A DNA stretch of 64,000 bases, taken from contig CM119265.1 of assembly GCA_051294375.1 (NCBI GenBank), positions 27,548,874 to 27,612,873 on the forward strand. The letters are read 5' to 3'. Numbering within the stretch: position 1 is the first letter of the stretch; every line of letters starts with the position of its first letter. The stretch comes from Paraspadella gotoi (taxonomy: Eukaryota > Animalia > Chaetognatha). Positions 1 to 13,024 of the stretch are shown piece after piece. The notes under the pieces are model-generated. The model made no database searches. It had not been told where the DNA came from and worked only from the letters and a program-made list of their open reading frames with translations. The translations under genes were made by a program, and so were the position numbers.

Positions 1-1016
1 TCTCACCTCTCTATCCCCGATTCACTCACCTCTCTCTCACTCCTCTTTCCCGCTGATTACGAGTTTCCACTTGATGTTTTTCGGATAACAAAAAACCGAT
101 GAGAAAAGCCGCGACGAGGAATCGTCGCATCGCGTCTTGCTTGTAGTTGTTGTCGTCGTCGTCGTCGTCTTCTTCCTCGTCGTCGTTGTCTTCTTCCTCC
201 TTGTCGATATCACAAATAAAGACTCTGTCTTCGTTGCTTCTTTTTTTTTTNNNNNNNNNNNNNNNNNNNNNNNNNNNNNNNNNNNNNNNNNNNNNNNNNN
301 NNNNNNNNNNNNNNNNNNNNNNNNNNNNNNNNNNNNNNNNNNNNNNNNNNNNNNNNNNNNNNNNNNNNNNNNNNNNNNNNNNNNNNNNNNNNNNNNNNNN
401 NNNNNNNNNNNNNNNNNNNNNNNNNNNNNNNNNNNNNNNNNNNNNNNNNNNNNNNNNNNNNNNNNNNNNNNNNNNNNNNNNNNNNNNNNNNNNNNNNNTT
501 TTTTTCTTTTTTTTTCTTTTTCGCGGTGAAAACTGAATCGAGCAAAAAATCATTTCTAGTCTCACGACGACGACGACGACGACGACAACGACATCAACAG
601 ATACGATCATAATGACGATTTTATGTCCGTGACAAAATAACGACGATCCTTACACCTGATGAATTCCCATGANNNNNNNNNNNNNNNNNNNNNNNNNNNN
701 NNNNNNNNNNNNNNNNNNNNNNNNNNNNNNNNNNNNNNNNNNNNNNNNNNNNNNNNNNNNNNNNNNNNNNNNNNNNNNNNNNNNNNNNNNNNNNNNNNNN
801 NNNNNNNNNNNNNNNNNNNNNNNNNNNNNNNNNNNNNNNNNNNNNNNNNNNNNNNNNNNNNNNNNNNNNNNNNNNNNNNNNNNNNNNNNNNNNNNNNNNN
901 NNNNNGGTCTCTTCGTCTGTCTGTCCGTCTGTCAGTTTGCAAGTAAGTTTGTCATATCGTTTTTCTGGGTGTTTTATTATTCTCTGTCTCTCTCACTCAC
1001 CCTCTTTGGCTCTTGC

Positions 1017-1088
<72 letters not shown>

Positions 1089-1479
1089 CCAAGGTGGAAT
1101 TCGCTCCTTAAATGTCAATCCCGTCTCATTTTGACGAGTTTGTGTCGCACAAAAGATCAAAGGAAGCGACGGCGTCGAATTCCAAAACACTATTTTGCTT
1201 GTTTTTTTTTGTTTTCGTTTTTTTGTTTTTTTTGTTGTTATTTTGTTGTTTTTATTCGGTAGCGTTTATCAGTATTTTTTTTATTTTTTGCTGAATCCTG
1301 ACAATTATACTTTTCTTTCATTTTCTTTTTTTTTCACCCGTTTACCTTTTTCATCTCTTTTTTAAAATTTACTTCACTTTTCTTTTAAACTTTTTACTTT
1401 TTCCATCCACACACTTTATTCGCATCTTTTTAAACTTTTTCTTTTATACTTTCTCACCTAGATCCATTTTTATCTTTTT

Positions 1480-1752
1480 ATTTCCATTTAATTTTAAACC
1501 TTTCCCTTTTGTTTCCCTATACTCTTTTTCCCTTTTTCCTTTTAATTTCCATTTGGTTCAACCTTTTCCTTTTGTTTCCCTTTAACTTTTTTCCCTTTTT
1601 CCTTTATATTTCCATTTGGTTAAAACTTTCTTAATAACCTTTTTCCTTTTCCCCTTTTATTTCCATTTGGTTCAACCTTTCCCTTTTGTTTCCCTTTAAC
1701 CTTTTCTCCTTTTCCCCTTTTATTTCCATTTGGTTCAACCTTTCCCTTTTGT
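1480..1752. repeat. ~58-bp pyrimidine-rich tandem repeat
   Basis: TTTCCATTTGGTTCAACCTT recurs about 5 times. Confidence 0.8.
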
Positions 1753-3309
1753 TCTCGAATGCAACTCGCGTCGACTTCGTCTTGTCCCTTCACTTTTCGA
1801 CGTGAGAAGGCGGAGCGATCGCGGGGGCGGGTAAGGACTGGCTGGGGAGCGGGTAGGGATTTGGGAGGCGGGGTGAGTTTGGCCCTATTTTATCAGAAGG
1901 CTATTTTATCTTAAATTCGGTATTAGAAATAATTTGGAATTAAAGATCAGGTTAGAGTTTTCGGGTTAGGATTATGTTAGGGATTAGGTTATGGATTAGG
2001 TTAGGGAATAAGGTTAGGACCTTGGTTTGTAATTGGGTTAGGAACTAACCTTTTGGATTAGAGATTAGGGGTTTTGATTAGGAATAGGATTAGACTTTAA
2101 CCTAAAAATTGGTTGACAAAAATATCTTTAGGGTAAATATTTAAGGTTAAATATAAATTCTTGGAAAATGAACAGAATTGAAGCTTTGTCGGAAAAAAGT
2201 GCCAAAAAAATAAATGGGCACTCTCGAAGACAGAGAGCAGAAAAAGAATGGGGCATCTACGGAAAAGAAGCCAAAAAAAGAAATGGGGCACTTTCGGAAA
2301 GAGAGCCAAAAAAAGAAAGGGGCAAAGGAACAAAAAGAAAAGAGAAGGGAAAAGCGGGGAAAGTAGCGGACAGGAAGAGAAGACAAAAGCGGGCAAAGTT
2401 GCGGACAGTCAAGTGAAGGCAAATACAGGAGAGGACAGAGAATCGGCAGAATCGGGCAAAGTATCGGACAGAGAACAGACCTTAAAATCGGGCAAAGTCG
2501 GACAAGTCTCGCGGGACTCAACGGCGAAAGGACGACGGCGCCTCTGACGGTCGAGATTCGAGTTAAAACGGAAAAATAAGCGACGGCCGAGGGGGGAACA
2601 TTTCCGAGAAATGACAGAAGTGGGTTGCGGGGGGTGAAAAAATGACAGGAGCATGATAGCGGGGGCGGTGTGCTCAAGATAGGCGTGCCATATCTAGATA
2701 AGTTAAGAGGGGCGAAAATAGTTAAAGGGATAGAAGATAGAAGGATAAGGATACTTATTGGGATAGAAGGATAGAGGGATAGAAGGATGAGATTACAGAT
2801 TGGGATAGAGGTTACGACAGAAGCGAAACAGATGGAGTGTCTCAAGTAGGGCGAGACTCCTTCACCCGATTCTTAAAATATATTACTCTTTAATTGAAAA
2901 AAAAAATTATCAGCTATACAATTTAATTTTAATTTTCGCGACGATTCTCAACTTTTTTCTCATATTTTTCTCTCTTTTTTTCTACATTTTTTTCAATTTT
3001 TATTTCCGCATTTTGCTAATTTTCAATTTTCAATTTTCTTTCAGTTTTTCTTCTCGATTTCCTAAGATTTCAATCTCTTCTTTTCACGTTTTGTCTTTTC
3101 TTCTTTTTTTCCTTATATTTTTTTCTTTACCTTTTTCCCCTCTCTCCTATATTTTTCCCGCCTTTATTTTCTTTTCTTTTTTTCTATCTTTTTATCTTTT
3201 TCTTCTCTTTTTCTTCTTTTTTTTCTATTCCTTTCTTTTCATGTTCTTTTTCCCGGTTTCTCTTTGCTTTCTCTTCTTGCCGCTTTCGTTTGTTCCTTTC
3301 CTTTCTTTC

Positions 3310-3592
3310 CTTTTCCCTTTTCCTCCCCCTGTCCCCTTTTCCTCCCTTTCCTTCTCCGTTTTCCTCCCCTGTCACCTTTTCCATCCTTTCCTTCTCCATT
3401 TTCCTCCCCCTGTCCCTTTCCTCCCTTTCCTTCTCCCTTTTTCCTCCCCCTGTCCCTTTTCCTCCCTTTCCTTCTCCCTTTTCCTCCCCCTGTCCCCTTT
3501 TCCTCCCTTTCTTCTCCTTTCCTCCCTGTCCCTTTTCCTCCCTTTTCTCTCTCTTTTCCTCCCCCTGTCCTCTTTTCCTCCCTTTCCTTTCC
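3310..3592. repeat. ~39-bp pyrimidine-rich tandem repeat
   Basis: TTTTCCTCCCCCTGTCCC recurs about 7 times. Confidence 0.8.
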
Positions 3593-4379
3593 TCCAAACT
3601 CCCCTCGTTAAGATTCTTCTCAGGTTCTTCTCCTCAGACGTCCAGAGTCTCGAGTCTGAATGTCGGTTTTTAAGGGATTTTCAAAGGCCGACAAACGCCG
3701 ACCCTTTTAGCCGACAAGACTCCGGACGCGGGTTGCCAGAATCAGCCAACGCCTGCAATGACACATTCTACCAGAATTGTTCTAGAATTTGAAGAAAGGA
3801 GGAGGAAGAGACTGAGGGGGCGTGTGGCCGTGGAGCGCCGATTGTGAAAGACGTCGAGTGATACTTAAAAGTGTGAAAAGGTCGTGAAGAGGGGTGACGG
3901 AGTGAAATAGATGTGAGAGTGACGGATTGACACTCCGGTAGATGACGACGACGAGGCACGAGAATAAGATGTTAAAAAAATAATCAGGAAAAAATAAAAT
4001 ATAAGGATGACACCGACAAAGATAACAAGTTAACAACAATAACAACGACAAAAAAACCCAAGTACAACAACAACAAAAAGAATCTCTTGAAATTTCTTTC
4101 CTCTTATTTTTTTGAAGTTATAATTTTATCTCAATGTATTCTTTTTTTCTTTTTTTTGTATTTTCCCTTTACTTTTATTACGTTTTTTTTTTATTAATTT
4201 CTTTCGTTTTTGTTCTTTCCTAATTTTTTTCTTTTTTTCCTAATTTCTTTATTTCTTTCTTTTTTCTTTCCTAATTTCTTCATTTCTTTCTTTCTTTCTT
4301 TCTTTCTTTCATTCTTTCTTTCTTTCTTTCTTTCTCTCAATCTTTTGCTCTTTCTTTTCCTCTGACTTATCTTTCTTTT

Positions 4380-4471
<92 letters not shown>

Positions 4472-6182
4472 AATAGCTTTCCCTCATTATTTCTCTCCTT
4501 TTCCGTTCGATCATCGTTGGCGCCGAAAGCATTTGACATTTGATCATTGATTAATACATCCAAGTGGAAAGGATGACATATGGATGGCGTGATATCGAAA
4601 AGATGGCATTTGGTTAAAATTTAAGTGAAGGCGTGAAAGAATGGAAGAGCGAAGTCAGGAAAGGAATGAGTGAAATGAATGAATAAATTGATTGAAGTGA
4701 ACGATTAAATTATTGAAGTGAACGAATAAGTGAAGTGAAGTAGTTTACTTCCCCCGGGATTGTTTGTTTTTACAATGATGGAATATAATTTCAAGGAAAA
4801 AATTTCGACCTCTTTAGATAGAGGGCTAATCTGCGGCCTTTTGAGTGACCTAATCTTCAGTTCACTAATTCACCACCGGAGGTCTAACCGGTTTCACATC
4901 TGATTGCTAATTGACCGCTTTCTTTTGTACTTGTGAACCAAATCAAATTCAGTCGGATTTCAACCTCAATTGTAACCGTTTGCCTCATTCGATTTCATCC
5001 TACTTAAATTAATAAATGTTAGGTAAACATTTACAAACTATGCTTTTATTTGAATTCTCTCTAATGTAAGAAAGTACATTTTCACAAGAGAAATAAACTC
5101 AAAGGCGTTTTATTACTTCAAATTAAAAGAAAGAATCTAATTGAATAAGTGACTCAATTTTCCCTGCGTCACGTGACTCGCTACGCCGAATAGCTACGTT
5201 CGCCACGTCACTTAGCAACGCGTCACGATTGTGTCACGGACCTTATCACGCCGTAAGATGACTCGAGTGTCCGTGCCACAGATCCTAGATTAGGAAGTCT
5301 TTTATTAAACAAGAACGTATATAAATCTTAACAGTTTTATTCCCCCGAAAGCTCAACTCATTTAAACAAAAATCAAAAAAATTCTAAAACAAACATTTTT
5401 TTTTAAATCTAAACGAAAAAAATAAAAAACCTGATGATCGACTAATAATTAAAAAAAACAAAAACGTCGAATGATTAGACTTGGAAGAATCCAGAGCTGG
5501 AATCGATCGAAACGACAGACCGATATACAGACAGACGGACAGACGGACAAACTGAAAGATCGAGAGACGGACGAATCTGACAGATTGACTTATGGGAAAC
5601 CCTTAAACACTCGTCTCTCTCGAATAGGTTATCTTGACATTCTTAAAAACCGGACGGGTAAGCTTTTTTTTTTTAAAAGTAATTCTTTCAAAATAATTTA
5701 AAATGAATTTAAAATTTAATATAATTAAATCGAAATATTGACAAAAATAAAAAAAACTGCACTTGTATATCGAAAAAAAAACTGTCTTATCTTAATATAC
5801 CTCACCCGTGTATATGATGTCTCTTCGAGATTTTAAAATTTAAAGTTGACTTTCTGTTAATTAACCAGTTCGGCCACTCGAAGAAATTTGGCCTCCGGAT
5901 CACGTGAGATCCTTTATCGTCGGTCGATCATGGCGGACGGCGGCCGACGGGGGCGCTGGTCTCGGAAAAAAACAGGACCTGTTTTGACTCAAGAGTCGGA
6001 AAAAGAATAATTAAAAAACAGGTTTTCCTCAAAATGAATATCAAAGACGAATTCATTTTTTTTTCTTAAAAACGAAATAATAATAATGATAAGAAACTTA
6101 AAAAAAACTTAACAAAAAATATTTAAATAAAAAAGAAAACTAAACAAACAAAACAAAAAACTAACAAAACCAACAAACAAAA

Positions 6183-9078
6183 ATGCGTTTCAACGTAACG
6201 AATTGTTCTGCATTGACTGCAATCGTGACTGTAGTTTTTTCTGTTGTCTCCGGTTATTCTTCTGTCCTCAGCATCGCTCCCATGATGGTCAGACATTTTG
6301 GATGTCCTGAAAATCAAGTCGGTTTTAATGGAGGAATTTTGATGGGTAAGACTGTTGGTCATTGATCGTTATCCAATGAGACGATTTGATTTTAAAAAAA
6401 ATCGATAAGTTTAAACTTATTGAAATATTTCATTTCAAGAAATTAGTTTTACTGATATAATCAGTGCAATTTTATGATAATAATTTTTTTTCAATGTAAT
6501 TATGATAAAATATATTTTAGTTTCATTTTGTAGGAATAATTTTTAAAAAAATTATTTTTTAGGAGCATTGTGTAAGCATAAAGTGAAAATCGTTATTTAA
6601 TCCATCATCATTACATTAGGGCAAAATAAAAACGAATCTAATAATTCAAATTGTTAACGAGCTCAACTGTAAAACTAAAACCTTATACTAAAGGTAAGAT
6701 TGTGGAAAAGGCGATAAGTGGGGCTGAAGAGTGCTATCCGCAGCTTCTTTAACCCTTTAGCAGCCATGGAACGGGTCCTGGGCTTGGAACCAGGCTTGAG
6801 GGTTTTCCAAGCCCCCAAGGCGGTTAACGGCCGTCCCCACCCTTCCTTGAGTCTGTTAGGTATCATAGACGATCTATTCCGGTGCCTAAAGGTCATGAGC
6901 TGATGGTAGTACTCAATGAGCCACCGGACCACAAGGCCTACAACTGAAAGATTCATGCTTATAGGCGGAGAGAACCTGCGCAATGCCCGACTACAATATT
7001 TCAAATTATTAATAGTTGTGCGAGTATTTTTCCGTTTAAAACAATTATTTTTTATTTTGCTAAAAAATAAATATTTTTCCCCGTGTCAGTTCGCGAGTGA
7101 CACCAAAAAGATCTTTACTATACTTTTAATATCTAAAATAAAGATAATTCATAATTTCATGTATTATTTACTTATTAATCTAAGTTGAATTTTTTGCTGT
7201 ATTTGAATTTCAATACTTTTGAATATTTAATAGGTAATTAATTTATAATGATTTTATTTCCTTAAAAAGTCTTGTTTTTTACTGAAAGTGAAATTGGTAA
7301 ATATTAAATTAATTTTATAAAATTAGGATATGATAAACATCCAGTTCTTTACCCGAAGATGGGTCAAAAAAAGAGAAAATATTAATTTTTTTTTGTGTCA
7401 CACGCAAACCATCACTGGGTATTTATTATCTTGTAAGAGTGATGGGAGCCTTTAACCACCATAGCCCGTCCAAAGTCGGAGCAAGATGGCTCATTTATTA
7501 AACGAATGAATAATTTTTTTTATTGTTTGTACAAATTTTATATTGTTCCTCAACCTTTACAACCTTTACAACCACCAAGGTGCCTTCTTCCTTGGCGGTA
7601 CAGTCAACGTCCTCTGGGGACTCCTCTCCGATCGGGTAGGACGACGTTTCGTCTTCGCAGTATCATTGGTGGGCGTGGCAGCATCGTACATTGTCACTGG
7701 CATTGTCGTTTCCTTTGAAGCGGCAATCATCTGCCGCGTGGCTGGCGGTGTCTTTGAGGCTCGCGGAGTGGCCTTTGCCGCTGTCGACGATATCTCCAGA
7801 AATGAAGATGAGCGCGTCTTTGCAATGGGCGTGCTGACAATCACTTGGCAGTTGGCTTATTGCGTGGGGCCATTGATGGCAGGCAGTTTGGCAGGTGGGG
7901 AGAGAGAGAGAGGAAAATTATCATTTTTATCTTTACATTGATTCTCTTAACTTGATTTATTTGTCTCTTCTCCTCAAGATCTAAGCCTCACCCTCCCTCA
8001 CCTCGCCGACTACCCTTTCTTTCTCGGCGGAATAATCTCCAGTCTTCTATGTCTCATTTCCCTCATCCTAATTCTCTTCTGCTTCGTCGAAGATTCACCT
8101 GAAGAAAGACAAAGGCTGCTGTCCGACTCAAAGGATGGAAAGACTGAACGGCTCAAAGAGGGAGATATGGATGAGCAAAAAGAGAGATGGATGGATGGAA
8201 AGAAAGACTGGCTAAAAGAGGGATGGAGAGATGGACAGATGGACGAGCTAATAGCTGATATGGACCAAACGATTGACAGCCCAAAAACACGACGGACAGA
8301 AAGCCAAATTGATGGGCTAAAAGAGGGAAGAACTGATGTACAAGACGACAGACAAATGGACAGTCAAAACAACAATGAGGCAAACAAATTATTACCCCCA
8401 TCGCCCCCGACTTCTCCTCTATTTGATAAAAAGTCATCTCAATTCTTCATCCTCGTCTGGATCGTCGTTCTTCACTCTCTCTACTACTTTTTCGCCAAAG
8501 CGCAGATTGAAGCCGTCCTCCTTTGGGGGGGACTTAAAATAGCCCACGGTGGACTCGGCTTGTCCTCTTCTGCGCTGGGCCTTGTGGGCGGGATCACGAG
8601 TCTAACCTCGATCCCATTTTGCCTCTTTGTCAATCCGTGGATCGTCAGACGTCTTGGAGTCCGTGACACGACTCTTGTCTTCACTCTTTTATCAGGCGCA
8701 ACCAGTGCCATCATTCCAACAGTGAGGTTGACAATGGACCCCGGGTCCCAAAACAAAAGAGCCATCAGTCTTACCACCGTCTTTGCGGTCTGGTCAGCCT
8801 TCAGCGTCTTAGTCTGGCAAAACATATCGCTGTTGGTCAACAAATGGTCACCTCCGAAACTGCTCGGAGCGGTCAATGGTATTGCGGCCAGTGTTGGCAT
8901 GGTGGCCTGCGCTTTAGGACCATTGGCCTTAGGCGCCATCATCTCCGCCAATGATTCGGATGTGGTGGGGATTCCAAGCTTCTGGGAATATGGCATGGTG
9001 TTCATAGTGCTGATGGGATTGCACGGACTTTTATTTGTTGGGTTGTGTTTTGTGCCAAGGACATCTTCACGAAATTGA
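6183..9078 (+). CDS. Major facilitator superfamily transporter (DHA1/TetA- or ZIFL-like), paralogue 1; 3 exons, 525 aa
   Basis: Exons 6183-6345, 7580-7894, 7979-9078 with GT-AG introns, both phase 1. Total 1578 nt = 525 aa + TGA. MFS motif A (WGLLSDRVGRR), motif-C-like AYCVGPLMAGSL, C-terminal GAVNGIAAS and many hydrophobic helices. Exon boundaries match those of the adjacent paralogue. Confidence 0.9.
6701..6995 (-). mobile_element. Solo LTR, family A, in intron 1 of MFS paralogue 1
   Basis: TGTGGA...GACTACA termini; collinear with 43997-44281; flanks AGAT/ATAT (3/4 match to a 4-bp TSD). Confidence 0.8.
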
Positions 9079-9863
9079 ATTAAGACTGTCAAAAGATTAC
9101 ATTTTGAAGTAATATATAACAGGTGTAATTTATTAATAAAAATACATTTTTGGTTTAAGGGTATTCTTTGTCCTTATGATACCTTTTGAATTTTGTCCCC
9201 TCTATTTTTTTACTTAATAATTTACAGTAAGATTAGGATAATGTGATGCATAAGGTCAATATGTTTCAAATCTGTCCAGTTATGAAATTTGCAAAATTAC
9301 TTGTTTCACTATGTGATTAATATGTGATTACCCAAAAATACAATTTTTTGACATAGCTAATCACAAATGAAATTTACTTGTCTTCGAGATTTCACTTGAT
9401 TTTTTGGGACAAAATTTGGATTGAAGAGAAAAATAAAAATGACAATTTATTTAAAAAAATATTTAAAACAGGGGGAGCGTAATTTAAAACGTGCTTTATT
9501 TGTTTTTGAGTTCTTTTTTACAAAAGCCTTTTACAATATGTCTACTAAAAGCCTTTTATAACTGAGAGCTCTGAAAATCAATCTTATCTCTTGTTTAATA
9601 GAGAGCTCATAAAAGTCCATCACAGAAAAAGCCATTGTTGAACTTATAGTATAATAATCTGATAGAAAATTGATTGATTGCTATTTATAGTCCGGAACAG
9701 AGACAACCATGAAAGTAACTGATTAAATCCTATTGATGCCTTAACTTGTATCCAACTTTTGATACCTTGTCAAAGTGACAATAATGATTCATCTGAAAAA
9801 TTGGTCTTTCTGTTCTATCGTTTGATAATACTAAATAAAAAATAAAAAAACAAAAAATTAAAC

Positions 9864-12516
9864 ATGCGTTGTTACGTAAAATCATTGAGACACAATCACG
9901 ATAGTAGTTTTTTCTGTTGTTGTGGGTTACACCTCTGTACTCAGCATTGCTCCTTCAATGATCAGATATTTTGGATTTCATGAAAATCAAGTCGGTTTAA
10001 AAGGAGGAATTTTGGTCGGTAAGACTCTTTATATAGTGAAAATTAATTTACGAAAGTGGCAATTTGAAACCCATGAAATTATTTTCATTATAAGAAATAG
10101 TTTTACAGCTTTGATTGGGAAAATTTTAAATAATTCCTTATAAAACATTTATCACTGTTGTACATGCACAATGTATATTTTTAATTATTTATTTATCCCT
10201 GTTAGTCTATTCTCTCTCTCTCCTTTCTCTCTAACAAATTTCATTTCTTTTCAAAAAACTCACTCAATCTGTGTTCAACTTACCCTGTCCTCACCTCTGA
10301 CCACTATTCTGTCTCACCACCTTTGTTGGAAACTTTAACTTTCTCTCTCCTCTCTCTCTCTCTCTCTCCACTCTTCTTTTGCGCACAATACTTTGTCCTA
10401 GATTCACAAACAACCTGATAAGAAGGCTGAAAACCAAAGCCCGAAACATGTCTGTTTTCCAATAAAAACAAATTCGTTTCGAAACTAATAATTAAACTTT
10501 GTTTTTCTCTATATATAATTCCTATATAAAATATTACATTTAACATTTTATTACTGGGCATTCATGTGAAAAAATTGAAGGGAATATTTTCTATGACATT
10601 TCTGTTCATTATTGGCGCAAAATAAAAGTAATTAATTAAATAAACAACATTTAAGGAACTCAGCTATAAATCTAAAGTTCAAAACAGAAAGACAAAGTTT
10701 TAAATTGTCAATATAATTTTCTTGGTCTTTTCATATTGTGTTAAATGTATTGTATTGTGTTTTTGTTATGTTGTTTTATCATCTAATTTAAAATTTTCTT
10801 TCTCCACCCTCCACCAAGGTGCTTACTTCCTCGGCGCCACCGTCAACGCCCTCTGGGGTTTCCTCTCTGATCGAGTGGGACGCCGTTTTGTCTTCGCAGC
10901 ATCGCTGATTGGCGTGGCGGCATCTTTCGTTGTTACCGGCGTCATCGTCTCCTTTAAAGCAGCTATCATCTGCCGTGTGGTGGGCGGAGCCTTTGATGCC
11001 CGTGGTGTGGCCTTTGCCGCTGTCGACGATATCTCTATGAATGAAGAGGAGCGTGTCTTTGCGATGGGCGTGTTGACAATCACTTGGCAGTTGGCTTATT
11101 GCGTGGGCCCATTGATGGCTGGCAGTTTGGCAGGTAGAGAGAGTCGAAAATAAAATGTTCTCTTTATTTTTCGTTTGGAATTCCATTCCTCTCCTTATCT
11201 CTTCTTTCTGTGCTCACTTTTATTTTGCATTTTTTGATTAATTTTTATTTCTTTCCAATTCATTTACTTTTCATTCATTGGTCCTTCATTCATTACATTC
11301 ATCCTTTTTATTCCTATCTTCTCTTTTCCTTTCCTTTCCTTTCCTTTCCTTTCCTTTCCTTTCCTTTCCTTTCCTTTCCTTTCCTTTCCTTTCCTTTCCT
11401 TTTCTTTTCTTTCCTTTTTTTTCACATTTTATATATCTCATTTATATTATTAAATTCCATTCAGTTCTATCGCATTCCAATGACAGTAATTCCCTTTTTA
11501 CCCTCCCTCCTTCCTCAGACCTGAGCTTAACCCTTCCTATTCTCCATAACTTCCCTTTTCTACTCGGCGGAATTGTCGCCGATCTTCTTTGCCTCATCTC
11601 CCTGGTCTTTGTCATCTTTTACTTCGCCGAGGATCCATCAGAAGAAAGAATAAGGCTCCTCTCTGACAAAGAGATGTGCAGACAGACCGATGTACAAAAA
11701 GTGGGATTGATGGATGGGGAGAAGATGCGAAAAGAGGAAAAGATATATGAAGGGACAGAAAGTCAATTAGAAAACAAAATAAATGATCAAAAAGATGTAT
11801 TGAAGAATGGACACAAGGACGGTCGAGATGACAAAGTGATATCTCTCTCCTCCCTTTTACCTCCCAAAAATAACACCGATTTCTTCGTCCTCATTTTGAT
11901 CGTCGTACTCCACACACTCTTCTACTTCTTTTCCAAAGCGCGAATCGAAGCTGTTCTCCTATGGGGAGGTCTTAAGATGGCCCACGGAGGCCTTGGCCTG
12001 TCTTCTTCCAAGTTGGGCCTAATTGTTGGAATTTCCAGTCTTGCCTCGATCCCGTTTTCCCTCTTTATTAATCCGTTAATCATCGAGCGTCTCGGGGTTC
12101 GCAACACGACGCTTCTTTTTGCCATCCTGACAGGCGCTGTAAACGCTGTCTTTCCAACGATAAGATTAATTACGGACCCCGAGTCGGAGACCCAGAAAGC
12201 TATTGGTCTGGTCACCGTCTTAGCGTTCTCATCGGTTGGCAGTACGGTCATCTGGCAAAATATATCTCTTTTGGTCAACGATTGGTCGCCCCCTCAATTG
12301 CTTGGAGCCGTAAATGGCATCACGGCCAGCCTTGGCATGGTGACCAGCGCTTTGGGACCATTTGCCTTTGGCGCCATCATCTCCGCCAATGATTCCGATG
12401 TGGTTGGAATTCCGCGCTTCTGGGAATATGGTATGGTGTTCATGGTGCTGATGGGATTGCACGGACTGTTGGCCATCGGGTTGTATTTTGTGCCCAAGAA
12501 GTCTCCTCGAGATTAA
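9864..12516 (+). CDS. MFS transporter paralogue 2 (tandem duplicate); +1 frameshift in exon 1, so possibly a pseudogene or an assembly error
   Basis: Exons 9864-10018, 10819-11133, 11519-12516. Exon 2 is 315 nt as in paralogue 1. Motif A WGFLSDRVGRR. Summed length is 1468 nt (3n+1); the extra base lies at about 9888-9894. Confidence 0.8.
10155..10500 (+). mobile_element. Decayed Penelope-like pseudo-LTR with degenerate hammerhead, in intron 1 of MFS paralogue 2
   Basis: CTGATAAGAAGGCT...AGCCCGAAACATGTC at 10415-10452. Upstream blocks (GTTGTACAT, CCTGTCCT...TCTGACCACT, CTTTGTyGGAAACT, CT tracts) are shared in order with 55965-56300. Confidence 0.5.
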
Positions 12517-12961
12517 TTAAAGGTTAAATTTTCAAGAATTTTCAGCAATAACAATAACAATTACTACAATTACTAATTACGCTTATCTGATAGCTTAATT
12601 CAAAGGGCTTTATCCCTTGGTTTTTGTGAATGTGTTTATTTTCCTCATGCCCGTGAATCTAAACCTAATCGAAATCTAATCCAACTACTAATTGCTTTGT
12701 CTCACAACAATGGATCCAGATTAACCTCAATGGTCTATCTTCCCCTCTGAAAATAAAAATATGAAAATAACATTGGAAAATAATATATATTTTAACCAGC
12801 TTTTAATATTACTAAATTAAGATATTGAGTCAGTTTGTAAATCATCCTCCAATTTAATCAAACGTTTATCTTTTGTTAATAAAGTTTACAAATATTAAAT
12901 AGTTTTTTTTTCTGTGTCAGGAATGGATCAAATTCTAAAATTTCTTTATTCAGAATAGTAT

Positions 12962-13024
<63 letters not shown>

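Noticed and set aside
26-1190. Possible minus-strand exons (about 41-240 and 1001-1190)
   Set aside because: Plausible donors exist, but the segments are gap-flanked, low-complexity and have no recognisable homology; cannot be supported.
1950-2100. Telomeric repeat array
   Set aside because: Highly degenerate TTAGG-like words that recur at many internal sites inside a MITE-like family.
5431-5480. CTGATGA followed by a TCGAC/GTCGA stem
   Set aside because: Followed by GAAT rather than GAAA, with no stem III or NUH site.
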